64,000 nucleotides of DNA from the human T2T-CHM13v2.0 reference genome, Homo sapiens. The position numbers were made by a program, and so were the translations under genes. Position 1 is the stretch's first letter; each line of letters opens with the position of its first letter. Below the pieces are notes generated by a model. The model made no database searches. It had not been told where the DNA came from and saw only the letters and a program-made list of their open reading frames with translations. Below are positions 25,722 through 44,188 of this stretch, piece by piece. The stretch lies in assembly GCF_009914755.1 (NCBI RefSeq), contig NC_060927.1; one strand, written 5' to 3'.

Positions 25722-27490
25722 ATTCTTGTTTGGTTAGAACCTAGAAATGCAATCAAGATTTTATTGATCTTATATCTTGAAATATTGTAAAACTCATTTT
25801 TTAGACCTAATGATTTTATAGGACGTTTGGATCAGCTATATATAGAATCATCTGAACTATTAATTATGGCATTTTAATCTTTATTAATACCTTTGTTGTG
25901 TTTTTCTTATTATTCCACTGGCTAGCACCGCCAATACAATATCAAGTAAAAATGATGACAATAGGCTTTCATGTTCATTCCTAATCTTAGAGGAAATGAT
26001 TTCATAATTTCATCATGCAGAGTAATGTTTGCTGTAATATTATGCTATCTATAGAATAGCATTTGCCTAGCATTTCTTGAATAAGGCAATTTTTGTGTGT
26101 TGTGCATTTTATTTGTCAGTATATTTAATTTACATTTTGTTTGGATTTTGTAACTATGCTTGTGATAATAAAATAATTTTTAAATGATGTCTTCAGATTT
26201 TTTTTATCAAGGAAATACTGTCCTTAGAAAGACTGTATTGTGAGGAATACTGAATGTCTTCTCTGAAATAGTTCATGTGGGTTGGCCATTGTTTATTTCT
26301 TCTATTTGAAATTGTTACCTACTCTAATACCTTAACCTTAATTTATCTTTGTGGCTTCATTTTCAGGTCAAGATTCTGTTACATTAATATGTAACAGTTC
26401 AAATCAGAATGTCCCTTTTTTCTTCTGACATTTTTATTGTTATGTCTTTATTCTTATACGAGTTTTTACTTTTTAATTTTAAAATTTGTTGGCATTAGTT
26501 TTTTTGCAAGATTCCTTTTTGATTTTTTAAAATATCTCTAAAATCCATAGTCATATCCCTTATTCCTTATTGATATTGTCTATTTCATCTCCAGTCTTTG
26601 TCTTAGTCTCTCTCTCCCTCTCTCTTCATTCCTAGAAACTCATCAATTTTTCCCTGTCTATTAAAAAAAATAACTTTTCTTAAGCATTTCTTTTTATAAA
26701 TTTGTTGCATTTTTCCTTTTGTTTATTCTCAATTCTTTTGTTGAGTTAAATTTGATCTCTTTTTTCTACTATTTTGAGATGGATTCCTACATAATCTATT
26801 TCATGGCTTTCTTGTTTTTAATACATTCATTTCAATCTAACATAACTTTAGTTGCACCCCATAATTTGAATATATTATATATTTTTGTACTATTTAGTAG
26901 AAAATATTTTCTAATTACCATTATGACTTTTTCCTTGAGCTACGGACTATTTAGAAGAAAGCATTTACATTCTTAAACATATGGTAGTTCTTAAGTTATA
27001 TTTAGTTATGCCTTTCTATCTTCCATTGTTCTGTAATTAGAATAATTATGAAAGATTTAAATCTTTGAACTATGTCAACATTTGCTTACTGGAATAACAT
27101 ATGGTAATGTTTTATTAATGTTTCATGAGCACATAAAAAAGGTGTGTTTTCTGCAATTGTTGAAGTAGGCTACTATAGATAAAAATTGTATTGATTTTTA
27201 TTCAATGTGTTCAAATATTTATATTCCCACACATTTTTGGTATAATTGCCATACCAGCTACTGAAAAAGGTATGTTAAGTCTCCCACTATAATTGTAGGT
27301 TTTTATATTTATCTATTTTTTGTCAAACTTTATCTGTCGTGATAGTATGATATTATACGAATACAGATTTAAAACTGTTTTTACTTTCTTGATTAAACAG
27401 TTTATCATAATGAAATTTCCCTCTATCTTTACTCTTTTATTTAAATTCAACTGTATCTGATATACCACTCTATCAATTTCCTTTGGTTAA

Positions 27491-27852
27491 TGTCTTAGTT
27501 TGTTCAGGAAGCTATAATTAAATATCTTAAGACCGGGTAGTTTATAAAAAAAACAGAAATTTATTTCTTACAGTTGGAGGGTGAAAAGTCCAAGATTAAA
27601 GTGCCAGCAGCTTTGGTGTCTGGTGAAGGCTTGCCCTCTGCTTCACAGATAGCATCTTTTGCTGTACTCTTATGTGATAGAAGAGGGGATGGAACAAGTT
27701 TAAGTCTCTTTTATAAGGTCACTAATCAGCTTCATGAGAGTGGAGCTCTTATGACTTCAATTCCCAAAGACACCACCTCTTAACAATATCACATTGGGAA
27801 TTAGGTCCCTGTATATGAATTTTGGAAGCACACCAACATTCAGACTATAGCA
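27491..27852 (-). mobile_element. MLT1A-like MaLR solo LTR
   Basis: tgtcttagtttgttcagg...aagtccaagattaaagtgccagcag...acattcagactatagca; ~360 bp with TG...CA ends. Confidence 0.88.
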
Positions 27853-28088
27853 GGTAGTATTTGCAAGGTATTGGATTTTCTGTTTTTACTTTTAAATGTT
27901 ATTATTTTATATTATATATTTATCTTAATAAAATAAAATTGATTCTCTTAAGTCTGATAATTAGTTTCTGTTAATTGAACCATAAATTTATATTTTATTT
28001 AATGTAATTTCTGATATTTTCAGGTTTATATAAACCATTTTAATATATTTTATTTATTCTCTTTCTTGTATATTTATCTTAAGTTTAG

Positions 28089-31888
<3,800 letters not shown>

Positions 31889-33379
31889 TATATTTTTCAT
31901 TTCCATACTAGTCCTTTTATAGTTACCTCTTCTTTTAGCAGTATTTTTGTAGTTACCACAATAGATTGTATACTGTTGTCTTATCAAAGTCTAATAAAAA
32001 TATTTATATCTTAATCTGAAAATTGCAAGACCTTAGATCATTACCTTTCTCTTTCTCTGAACTTATACTATCTTGCTCTCGTGTGCTTTAAGTTCTATCA
32101 GATGTCACTCTTATTGTTTTAAGCAGTTAATCCATTTAGATTTACCAAAATATTTATCTTTTATGTATTATTCATTTTTTCCTAAATGTATTGTCTGATT
32201 TTTTTCACGTATAGATCTCTCATATAAATATGTATGTTTATCAGATACAGATATATATGTGTATATGTATGTCTTATTTTACGTTTATTTTTTGAAACAA
32301 TTTGCTAAAATTCTAAGCTGCAAGTTTCTTCCCTGTTAACCTTTTGAATATCATATTCAATCATGTTCATGTCTATCATTTTCCTTTGAAAAGTTGTATG
32401 TTAATATCGTCATTGAATGCATGGGGCAAATCAAACGGGGTGTTAAAACTAAATCTTCCATTTAGATATAATTACTTATACCAACTCAATTTTAAGATAA
32501 GTGTAAAGTTTTTCATTCACCTGTGACAAGTAAAAACATACACATAAACAAACACACACACGCAGACTTTTATAATACAGCAGCTCTGTGAAATGCAGAT
32601 TTAAAATTAAATAGAAATAAAAATAATTTTACATACATTGCACTTTAAAATATTCTTAAGTGATTCTGTTTCTTGTTAAGATCTAGAGTGATGGTAAGGC
32701 CTGTGTTCTCATGGTAGCAAAAAGAAATAAAAATGAATGAAATAAGTATTATCCTTTTAAATCAGAAGAGTAGTGGCTTCAAGGTAGCCCAAGGTTCTGA
32801 ATTCCAGAGAGGAACACATCTTCATAGGTGAACACAGAGTAGCAGCTACTTTCATAGCTGAGGAAAATAACTATTTTTCTTATAGGTAGTTCAGATAGGT
32901 AGTGGAGTATGCAGAAATTGTAGTAAAAATTTGAAATAGCCAGAGAGATTAGAGTACAAAAAGCTTCAAAAATAAAATAAAATTATTCAGTCTAAATTTC
33001 CCCCTTCCCTGAATTTGGCTGAAAAAGTAGCAGTGGCTGGAAATCAGAGAGAATTTATGAAGTCTTGATGATTTTCAGAGAGATTCATCCATAGACCCTG
33101 ATACAATGTTCTATGAGAGCTCTCCAATAACATTCCAGTTCAAATATTTACAAGATTAAAAAGATCAGTCCCAGCAACTATAATGTGAGAGAACGGGATT
33201 TGTGCTATCAATGGGTAAAAGTAATCTAATGAAGGCAGCTCCTAAATGGTAAAATCTGAAGGTTTAGCTCTGCATTGTAGCTGCCACATAGAAGAGAAGG
33301 CTTAGGAGTTCCGGAATGCCTATTTTTAGAAGTCATATATTAGTTTCCTTTATACTTTCATTTTATACCCATTTCCAGG

Positions 33380-33530
33380 AAAAAAAGTAGAAAGTGAGAA
33401 GTATGGAAAAATGGGAAATTTGATACATAATTAGGAGAAAAAATATTCCACAGAAGCAGACCCACAGATGACCCAGATAGTGGCATTAACTTTTAGACAA
33501 TGATTATAAAATATTAATTATATTTTAATT
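33380..33530 (+). mobile_element. Possible L1M ORF1-start fragment
   Basis: gaagcagacccacagatgacccagatagtggcatta resembles the L1M ORF1 N-terminal region. Confidence 0.4.
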
Positions 33531-35597
33531 CATATTAAATATATGTTATAGCCTCAAGGAGGAAAGCAAACTGGGTGTTTTCACAACTGGGCAATGTGGT
33601 ACATTTAATGCTTTTTCCCTCAGCAGTAAACTTTTTCCTCCTTACCCCATTTTCAATTATATTGCTACAGAAAAGAACAGAGTGAAGACCATTTTGGTAG
33701 GGAATAGAACATGAGATAGAAAGTTCCTTTAAAACCAGAAGAAGCAAAATTGCTTCTTTCATCACTTTTCAAGTACTGAAGGAGGACAGAAGTTGTAGTA
33801 GCGCGAGAGAGTCAGATGGGACTATGGTCCTAATCTCCAGGATTTGAAAATGTTGTACTCCAAATGTATGTGTTTGTTTGGAGGAAATACAACTGGGTTA
33901 GTGCCCTTCATCACTGGCAGATTTACCACTACTTAGCTCCATGTAGCATGAAGTGGGCACTATTGTGCAGAAAGAGTAAGGTAAGGTAATTTTACTAATT
34001 CCCCTTATTTGCAAGTGGTTAAAGTTGATCAAGAAATTCCTAAAGCTGTGAGAAGGAAGCATGGAATTCTAAGGTTAAAGGGGCCATAATGTGAAGGTCC
34101 TTTGAATCCAGAAGCAAATTTCTACGCTTCCAGGCTTCAGTAATCAATGTCATCATCTCAAAGGTTTGCTAAAACTAATCATAACTTGGCAAACATGAAT
34201 TAAGGAATCAAAACTGATCAGCCATTTTGCATCAGAGAAGAGCAAGAAATTATGAAGTTCCTAACTGATTACAGTTCATCTTTCCCTGGCTTCTGTGGAG
34301 TTACATAAATCATTCTAGGTAACTAGTGCCCATGCAGAGAAGACTATGGTAGAAATATGGAAAATCTGAGACTGTTAACTTGAAGAGACCAAGATACCAT
34401 TAATGGACAATTTTTTAGTTGTTTGTTTGTTTGCTTGTTTTTAAACCACCAATCCATACTTGGGAGTTATGAACAAGACCAATCCAGTTATTGGAAAACC
34501 AACAAACCAAACAAGTACACAGCAAAAATGTACCACATTATCCTTGCCTATTTGTGAAGTAGAAAATTGGTGTCAGTAACTTTATAATGTATTATTCAAA
34601 CAACTGCAGCAGAATCTTATAAAATAATTTTATTTTTTAACACATGTAGGACTGCCTTTCAAGAAGTAGATAGTCTAAAAAGGACAGCTCTAAAATGGCA
34701 GTAAGTTGTTTTTGATGTTTAGCAAGTAAGACAAAAATGCAAAAAGAAAAACTATGCCTTTAATAAAATCTCTAGCTTTGTCCCAGTCTCCTAGTGTAAA
34801 ATTGAGAATTGGATAAGTAGACTTCCAGTGAGTTTGTTTCCATCACATCATCAGGAGAAAGACATTCAGTGAAAAACCAAAGCAGACTCTCAGTAATGCA
34901 GGGCTCAGGGCAAGGACACATTTTACCCAGGCGTATGGATAGTACTATCTCTTCAGCAGTACAATGCTTCTATGATAATATTAATGGGCACTGGAGGGTA
35001 GAAAAATGAAGATGCTTAAAAAGAAGAATCAGTAGCATCTCAGCTAGGAATGTGAGACATATTAGACTTTTATAACACAGAGTAAAGCCAAAGGCAGAAG
35101 AATATTAATTCTGTGAGTTTGCAGCTGGGATGATTCAAGTTTATAAATGCTTCTTATTAGGCCACTGGCAATCCAAAGTTATAAAATTATGTGGCTTTAA
35201 CATCAAATAGTACACTACTACTAATAACATATTTTCATAATTTCTCACCAACTTATGAGTCATCACATTTTTCATATTTCTAAGGTGAATTTATTAACAT
35301 GTGAATGCTTCTCTCTCAAAAGAAAGTGAAACCTATGATAAGATACTCTTCTAACAGAAAATATGATAAACTGAATTTTATTTAATCAGTCTTGAAAAAA
35401 CTGAGCCTTATCTCATCCTGCCTTGTTTTCTGCATATATTAAAAATATAATTCATTTTTTAACCTCTCAGATTACTGAGGTATAAAGAGATTCAATCATT
35501 TACTCTAGTTAACAAAGCAAACCAATGATGTGATTTTTAATCCAAAGTGAGCTTTTCTAATTTTCATAGTTATTTTACCACCAATAAAAATAATCAC

Positions 35598-38500
35598 ATT
35601 CCAGCCTGCAAGCTCTGGAGAGTCCAGCTGGTCTGAATGAGGAGATGTCCCCCATAATACAGCACAGCTGCTGTACCAAAAAGCAGCCAGGCTACTTCTT
35701 TAAGTGGGTCCCTGATCCTGTTCCTCATGACTAGCTGAGTCTTCCCAGCAGGGGTCTCCATACACTTCGTACAGGAGTGTTTGGGCCAGCAACAGGTCAG
35801 TACCCTCCTGAAATGGAGCTCCTAGAGGATGGAGCAGGGTGCCATCTTTTCTGTTCCACAGACTTCACTGGTGATACCTCCAGGTATGGGAAAAAACAAG
35901 GCAACCATGGTCTGGAAAAAACAAGTCAACCAGCAAACCACAGGAGACCTACGGAAGACTGGCCTGATTGTTAAAAGAGAAAAAAACAAACAGAAAATAA
36001 CAATAATATTAACAAACAAACAAAAAACACAAAAACTCATTTAAAGGTCAGCAATCTCGAAGATCAAAGGCAGATAAGCCTACCAAGTTGAGAAAGAATC
36101 AATGCAAAAATGCTGAAAACTAAAAAAGCCAGAGTGCCTCTTCTCTTCCAAATGACTGTAACACATCTCCAGCAAGGTCGAAGGACTAGACTGAGGCAAA
36201 GATGGCAGAACTGGCAGAAGTAGGCTTCAGAAGGTGGGTAATAAGGAACTTCACTGAGCTAAAGGAGCATGTTGTAATCCAAAGCAAAGAAGCTAAGCAT
36301 CATGATAAAACAATACAGGAGATGATAACCAGAATAGGCAGAATAGAGAGGAGAATAACCAACTTGATGGAATTGAAAAACACAAAATAAGAACATCAAA
36401 GGTGATCACGAGTATCAATAGCAGAATAGGCCAAGTGGAGGAATCTCAGAGCCTGAAGACTATCTTTCTGAAATAAAACAGGCAGACAATAATAGGGAAT
36501 AAAGAATGAAAAGAAATAAACAAAACCTCAGAGAAATTTGGGATTATGTTTAAAAAAAAAATGAAACTGTGACTGATTGGGGCACCTGAAAAGGACAGGA
36601 AGACCAGAACCAAGTTGAAAAACATGCTTAAGGATATCATCCAGGAGACCTTCCTCAACCTATCAAGACAGACCGACATAAATTCAGGAAATCCAGAGAA
36701 TCCCAGTAAGATATTCTGCAAGAAGATGAACCCTAAGACACATAATCATCAGATTCTCCAAGGTGGAAATAAAAGAAAAAATGGTAGGATCAGCCAGAGG
36801 GAAAGGCCAGGTAACCTACAAAGGGAAGCCTATTAGACTAACAGTGGACATCTTAGAAGAAACCCTACAAGCCAGAAGAGATTGGCAGCCAATATTCAGC
36901 ATTCTTAAGAAAAGAATTTCTAACCAAGAAATTCATATCTGGTCAAACTAAGCTTCGTAAGAGAAGGAGAAATAAGATTCTTTTAAGATAAGCAAATGCT
37001 GAGGGAATTCACCATCACCATCCCTGCCTTGCAAGAGCTACTGAAGGGATATGGAAACAAAACCCATTATCAGCAACTACAAGAACACACTGAAGTTCAC
37101 AGAGCAGTGACACTATGCAGCAGCCAAATAAACCAGTCTGCACAATAAGCAGCTAGCATCATGATGGCAGGATCAAAATTACACATAACAATACTAACCT
37201 TAAATGTAAATGGGCTAAATGCCCCAATTAAAAGACAAAATGGCAAGCTGGATAAAGAGCCAAGACTTATCAGTATGCTCTCTTCAAGAGACCCATCTCA
37301 CATGTAAAGACCCACATAGGCTCAAAATAAAAAGATTGAGGAAAACTTACAAAGCAAATGGAAAACAGAAAAAAGCAGGCATCTTAATCCTAGTTTCTGA
37401 CAGAATATACTTTAGACCAAAAAAAAAAAAAAAAAAAAAAAAAAGACAAAGCAGAGCATTACATAACGGTGAAGTGTTCAGTTTAACAGGAAGAGCTAAC
37501 TATTCTAAATATATATGCACCCAATACAGAAGCACTCCTGTTTATAAAGCAAGTTCCTAGAGACCTACAAAGAGACTTAGACTTCCATACAATAATATTG
37601 GGAGACTTTAACACCCCACTGACAATATTAGACAGATCATAAAGACAGAAAATTAACAAAGATATTCAGGACCTGAACTGAGTTCTGGATCAAGCGGACC
37701 TGATAGATATCTACAGAATTTTCCATTCAAAAACAACAGAATATATATTCTTCACATTGCCACATGGCATTTCCTCTAAAATTGATCTCACAATCAAAAG
37801 TAAAACACTCCTCAGAAAATGCAAAAGAACTGAAATCATAAAAAAACAGTCTCCCGGACCACAGGATAATCAAATTAGAACTCAAGATTAAAAAATTCAC
37901 TCACAACCACACAACTACATGGAATTTGAACAACCTGCTCCTGAATGACTCCTGGGTAAATAATGAAAATCAGGCTGAAATCAAGAACTTCTCTGAAACT
38001 AATGCACACAAAGACAACATACCAGGATCTCTGTGATCCCCCTAAAGCAGTGTTAAGAGGGAAATTTATGGCACTAAATGCCCACATCCAAAAGCTAGAA
38101 AGATCTCAAATTAACAACATCACATCATAACTAAAAGAACTAGAGAGCTAAGAGAAAACAAATCCTAAAGCTAGCAGAAAACAAGAAATAGCCAAGATCA
38201 GAGTGTAACTGAAGAAGGTAGAGACACAAAAAAAACCTTCAAAAATCAATGAATCCAGGAGATTTTTTGAAAAAATTAATAAAATTGATCACTAGCTAGA
38301 CTTATAAAGGAGAAAACAGAAAACAATCAAATAAACAAAATCAGAATCGACAAGGGGGATATCACAACTAACCCACCAGAAATACAAACAACCATAAGAG
38401 AATACTATAAATGCCTCTATGCACATGAACTAGAAAATCTAGAAGAAATGGATAAATTCCTGGACACATACACCCTACCAAGACTAAAACAAGAAGACAT

Positions 38501-41185
38501 TGAATCTCTGAATAGACCAATAATGAGTTCTGAAATTAATTAAGGCAGTAATAAATAGCCTAACAACCAGAAAAAGTCCAGGACCAGAAGGATTTATGGC
38601 TGAATTCTACCAGAGTTACAAAGAAGAGCTGGTACTATTTCTACTGAAAGGATTCCAAACAATTGAAAAGGAAGGACTCCACCCTAACTTATGAGACCAG
38701 CATCATCGTAATGCAAAAACTTGGCAGAGAAACAACAACAACAAAAAACTTCAGGCCAATATCCCTGATGGACATCAATACAAAAATCCTCAATAGAATA
38801 CTGGCAAACTGAATCCAGCAGCATGTAAAAAGCTTTTCCACCATGATCAAGTTTGGTTTCATCCCCAGCATGCAAGGTTGGTTCAACATACACAAACTGA
38901 AAAATTTAATTCAACATATAAACAGAACTAAAGATGAAAACCACATGATCAACTCAATAGATGTAGAAAAGACCTTCAATGAAATTCAACATCCCTTCAT
39001 GTTAAAAACTCTCAATAAACTAGGTATTGAAGAAAAATACCTCAAAATATTAAGAGCCATATATGAAAAACCCACAACCAGTATCATAGTGAATGGAAAA
39101 AAGCTGAAGCATTCCCCTTGAAAAACAGCACAAGGCAAAGATGCCCTCTCTCACCACCCCTATTTAATGTAGTATTGAAAGTTCTGGCGAGTGAAATCAG
39201 GTATGAGAAAAAAATAAAATGTATTTAAATAGGAAGAGAGATAGTCAAATTATCTTTATTTGCAGATGGCATGATCCTATACTTAGAAAACCCCATTGTC
39301 TCAGCCCAAAAGCATCTTAGGCTGACAAGCAACTTAAGCAATGTCTCAGGATAAAAAATCAATGTGTAAAAATTGCTATCATTTCTATACATCAACAACA
39401 GGCAAACAGCCAAATCATGAATGAAGTTCTATTCACAACTGCTACAAAGAGAATAAAATACCTAGGAATACAGTTAACAAGAGAAATGAAGGACCTCTTC
39501 CAGGAGAAATAAAAACCACTTCTCAAAGAAATCAGAGAGGACACAAACAAATGGAAAAACAGTCCATACTCATTGATAGGAAGAATCAATATCATGAAAA
39601 GGGCCATACTGCCAAAAGAAACATATAGATTCAATGCTATTCCTATTAAATTACCATTGACATTCCTCACAGAATTAGAAAAAACTATTTTAAAATTCAT
39701 GTAGAACCAAAAAAGAGCCCGCATAGCCAAGACAATCTTAAGCAAATAGAACAAAGGTGGAGGCATCATGCTACCTAACTTCAAACTATACTGCAAAGCT
39801 ACAGTAACCAAAACACCATGGTACTGGTAGAAAAACAGACACATAGACCAGTGGAACAGAATAGAGAACTCAGAAATAAGACTGCACACCTACAACCATC
39901 TGATCTTCAACAAATCTGACAAAAATAAGCAATGGGGAAAGGACTCCCTATTTAATAAATGGCGCTGGGAGAACTGGCTAGCCATATGCAGAAAATTGAA
40001 ACTGGACCCCTTCTTTACATCTTATACAAAAATTAACTCAACATGGAGTAAAGACTTAAATGTAAAACACAAAACTATAAAAACCCTAGAAAAAGATCTA
40101 GGCAATAACTTTCAGGACATAGGCATGGACAAAAATTTCATAATGAAAACGTCAAAAGCAATTGCAACAAAAACAAAACTTGACAAATGGGATCTAAATA
40201 AACTAAAGAACTTCTGCACAGCAAAAGAAACTTGTCAGAATGGAAAAAAAAAATGCAATGTATCCATCTGACAAAGGTCTAATATCCAGTCTACAAGGAA
40301 CTTAAACAAATTTACAACAAAAAAACAAACAACTCCGTTAAAAAGTGGGCAAAGGACATGAACAGAAACTCCCTAAAAGAAGACATACATGTGGCCAACA
40401 AATATATGAAAAAATGCTCAACATCACTGATCATTAGAGAAATACAAATCAAAACCACAGTGAGATACTATCTCTCACCAGTTAGAATGCCAATTATTAA
40501 CAAGTCCAAAAACAATAGAGGCTGGTGAGATTGCAGAGAAAAGGGAAACTTTTACACTGTTGGTGGGAGTGTAAATTAGTTCAACCGTTGTGGAAGACAG
40601 TGTGCCAATTCCTCAAAGATCTAGAGGCAGAAATACCATTTGACTCAGCAATCCCATTTCTGGGTATATGCCCAACGGAATATAAATCATTCTATTACAA
40701 AGATAAACGCATGCATATGTTCAATGCAGCACCACTCACAATAGCAAAGACATAGAATCAACCCAAATGCCCATCAATGATAGACAGAATAATAAAAATG
40801 TGGTCCATATATACCATGGAATACTGTGAATCCATAAAAGGAAATGAGGTCATGTCCTTTGCAGGGACACAGATGGAGCTGGGAGCCATTATCCTCGGCA
40901 AACTAATGCAGGAACAGAAAACCAAACACCACATGTTGTCACTTGTAAGTGGGAGCTGAACGATGAGAACACATGGACACATGACGGGAAAGGGGGTGGG
41001 AGTGGGAGGGAGAGCATCTGGAAGAATAACTAATGGATGCTGGCCTTAACACGTAGGTGATAGGATAATCTGTGCAGCAAACCATCATGGCACACATTTA
41101 CATATGTAACAAACCTTCACATCCTGCATAGGTATCCCAGAACTTAGAATAAAACTTAAGGGAAAAATAAACCTTAAAAAAAAAG
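35598..41185 (+). mobile_element. Near full-length decayed L1PA (about PA10-14) with partial 5'UTR, ORF1, ORF2 and 3'UTR
   Basis: ORF1 peptides (KGQVTYKGKPIRLTVD..ETLQARRDW); ORF2 start near 37161; RT-region peptides ([12 protein letters not shown]); many stops and frameshifts; A tail ~41150-41190. Confidence 0.95.
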
Positions 41186-41194
41186 AAAAATCAC

Positions 41195-41330
41195 TTTTTG
41201 AGTACAACATATGCTATTTGAGTGACGGGTACACTAAAAGCCCAGACATCACCAGTATACAATTCATCCATGTAACCAAAACCACTTGTATTTCTAAAGC
41301 TCTTCAAATAAAAATATTTTAAACAAAAAA
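41195..41330 (+). mobile_element. Short L1PB/L1MA 3'-terminal fragment
   Basis: gggtacactaaaagcccagac...ccatgtaaccaaaaccacttgta, then an A-rich tail. Confidence 0.75.
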
Positions 41331-41990
41331 ATAGCAGTTATGGATTCATTTACTATGCATATCATCCCTCTTATTGGCATCAGTATGTTCAAATCACATC
41401 AAGACTGAACCCGGAGGAAATGAACAAAAGACATTTTAATAGACTTTGTATAAAATCTCTTCACTAACAATTCTATTCACCTTTATAATTTTAGGGTGCC
41501 CTATTGTCCCTGGCTTCCACATTCACATTTAAACTAATTTTGGATTAATGTATTTATAACAAAAGGTAAATTAGTTTGTGACATACTTACTGTCACACAT
41601 TCTTAAAGTCAAATCTATTTTATTCTTTATAGTACAGAAAATTTGATAGTGTCAGAAGTCTAATTGACTTTTATTTATAATTGTCTTTTGTACTTGCTAT
41701 TTTTTAAGATAAAGATAGAAAATATAATCAGGTTGTGATGACTTAGTAACATGTAGTACGATCAGTAAAATCAGTTAGATGCTAAAGCTTAATAAACGTT
41801 CAGAGAAAATTCCTATAGAAAATAGAAAGTAGCAAATTTAGTAAATTAACTAATCTTTGGTTTCTTGAATATCTAGGGGATTTTCTAAGGTCTTTGGTTA
41901 AAAGAGTATTCAAAGAAGAACACAGTCACACATCTTTATTAGTCATACTGATGGAAAACAAAATATTTAAAGAAATGATTACACGTTGTT

Positions 41991-42379
<389 letters not shown>

Positions 42380-43043
42380 CTATTGTGGAGCCCAAAGCTG
42401 GAAGATTGATTGCAAATACAAAGATAAACATCAAACTAATTTTTGTCCACAGTAACTTATGGCACTGGGAAAACAAAGTCAATTGAGTTTAAAGGTGAAT
42501 CTGTCACAACAGAATCTTTTCTGTATAGTTAGGTCATTTTATGTATCCAAAGATTGCAAAGTATCATATAAAATGATTTTATTTTTTAAATAATGCAAAT
42601 TTTTTTCATAATTATATATTTTCAATGAAAAATTTGTTAGAAATTAGTAATGTAATTAATTACGATATCTTTTAGATTTACAGAAAAAATGTGAATATAA
42701 TCATACACCCAGGTCCTCCTGTTATTAACATCTTACATTATTATAATTTGTTAGAATTAAAGGATGATAATGGTACATTTTGATTAACTAATGTCAATAT
42801 TTTATCAAGATATTCTTAGTTTGTATCTAATTTCCTTCTATTTTCTGTTTCAAGATCCTATTGAAAACACAGTATTGCACTTATTCGTCATGTCTCCTTA
42901 GGAAACTCTAGGCTGTGACAGTTTTACAGACTTATCTTTGACCACCATTACAGTTTTGAAGAGTACTGGTCATGTATTCTGTAGACTGTCCCTTTAACTG
43001 TGATTTGTCTGATAGCTTTTTTTCAAGATTACACTAAAATTAA

Positions 43044-43066
43044 GTGTGTGTGTGTGTATATATACA

Positions 43067-43105
<39 letters not shown>
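43044..43105. repeat. Compound (TG)n/(TA)n microsatellite with ~18 pure AT units
   Basis: Direct reading. Confidence 0.95.
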
Positions 43106-43107
<2 letters not shown>

Positions 43108-43831
43108 AAGAAGAACCCAGAGGTAAAGTGTTTTCATCACATCACATCCAGAGACTATACTGTAAACATGACTTATCACTGTTGATGTTGATGAATCACA
43201 TGGCTGAGGTGGTGCTTATCAAACTTCTTTACAGTAAATACATGATTTTTTCATACTCCCACACTTTACCCTTTGGAAGAAAGTCATTTTGCCTAGGTTA
43301 CTTAAGGAGTGAGAAGTGATGCTCTACTTCCTTGAGGGTGGGACATCTACATAAGTTATTTGGAATTATTTTGCATAGGAGATGTGTGTATTTTTATTCA
43401 TTTATTTATTTATACAATCATTTTTATATCAGAATAGAATCATGAATACTTATTTTGCACTTTGGGCAATAAAACAATATTACTATATCTACCTTATTGT
43501 TGAAATGTTTGCAGATTTAATTACTGAGAGTCTTACAGTTGGCTCTTATGTGAGTGTTATGTTTATTTTAGAACTTTTTCACTTTCTGGCACCAGAAGGT
43601 ACTCCAGGCTCATCTTATATATTTCTACCCCAGTCCCCTAATCAGTCATTTCTCCTAGGAGCCTAGGTTTCTTTAATTAGAGAATACTGTTATAAATCGA
43701 GATCTGGGAACTAGTTGTGCACATCGTTACTGGGGTGCCATTGCTTCTAGACCCTTTCAGATGAAGTCTATGTATATACACTAACCTATGTGTATGCACA
43801 TATCTCTAAAGTTTTTATACATAACCACCTA

Positions 43832-44188
43832 CAGTTGACCTTTGAATAATGTGGGGGTTAGGAATTCTGAAAAAACCCATGCAGTTGAAAATCCACATTC
43901 AACTTTTGACTCCCCCAAATCTTAACTACTGATAACCTACTGTTTTGGAAGCCTTATGGATAGCAGTGGATTAACACATATTTTGTATGCTATATCCATT
44001 ACATACATTACTCTTACAATAAAGACTAAAGGAGAAGAAGTTGTTCTTGCTGTCTCAGGGGTGGCAGGGGCAGAAGTGGAAAAGGTGGAAGGGAGGCAGA
44101 AGAGTTACACTTGGCGTAACTTTTATTTTAAAAAATCTACATGTAAGAGTTCCTTCACAGTTCAACCCTGTTGTTCAATGGTCAACCA
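43832..44188. mobile_element. Tigger2a/MER28-like TcMar DNA transposon
   Basis: TIRs cagttgacctttgaataa and ttgttcaatggtcaacca, flanked by TA on both sides; internal aacttttgactcccccaaa. Confidence 0.88.

Larger units (their letters stand above)
24700..28080 (-). mobile_element. Old L1M (L1MC/ME), interrupted by MLT1A; probably resumes after 31900
   Basis: Antisense L1 motifs aagtgtacaacc; tttagttgcaccccataatttg; gttaagtctcccactataattgtagg. Confidence 0.7.
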
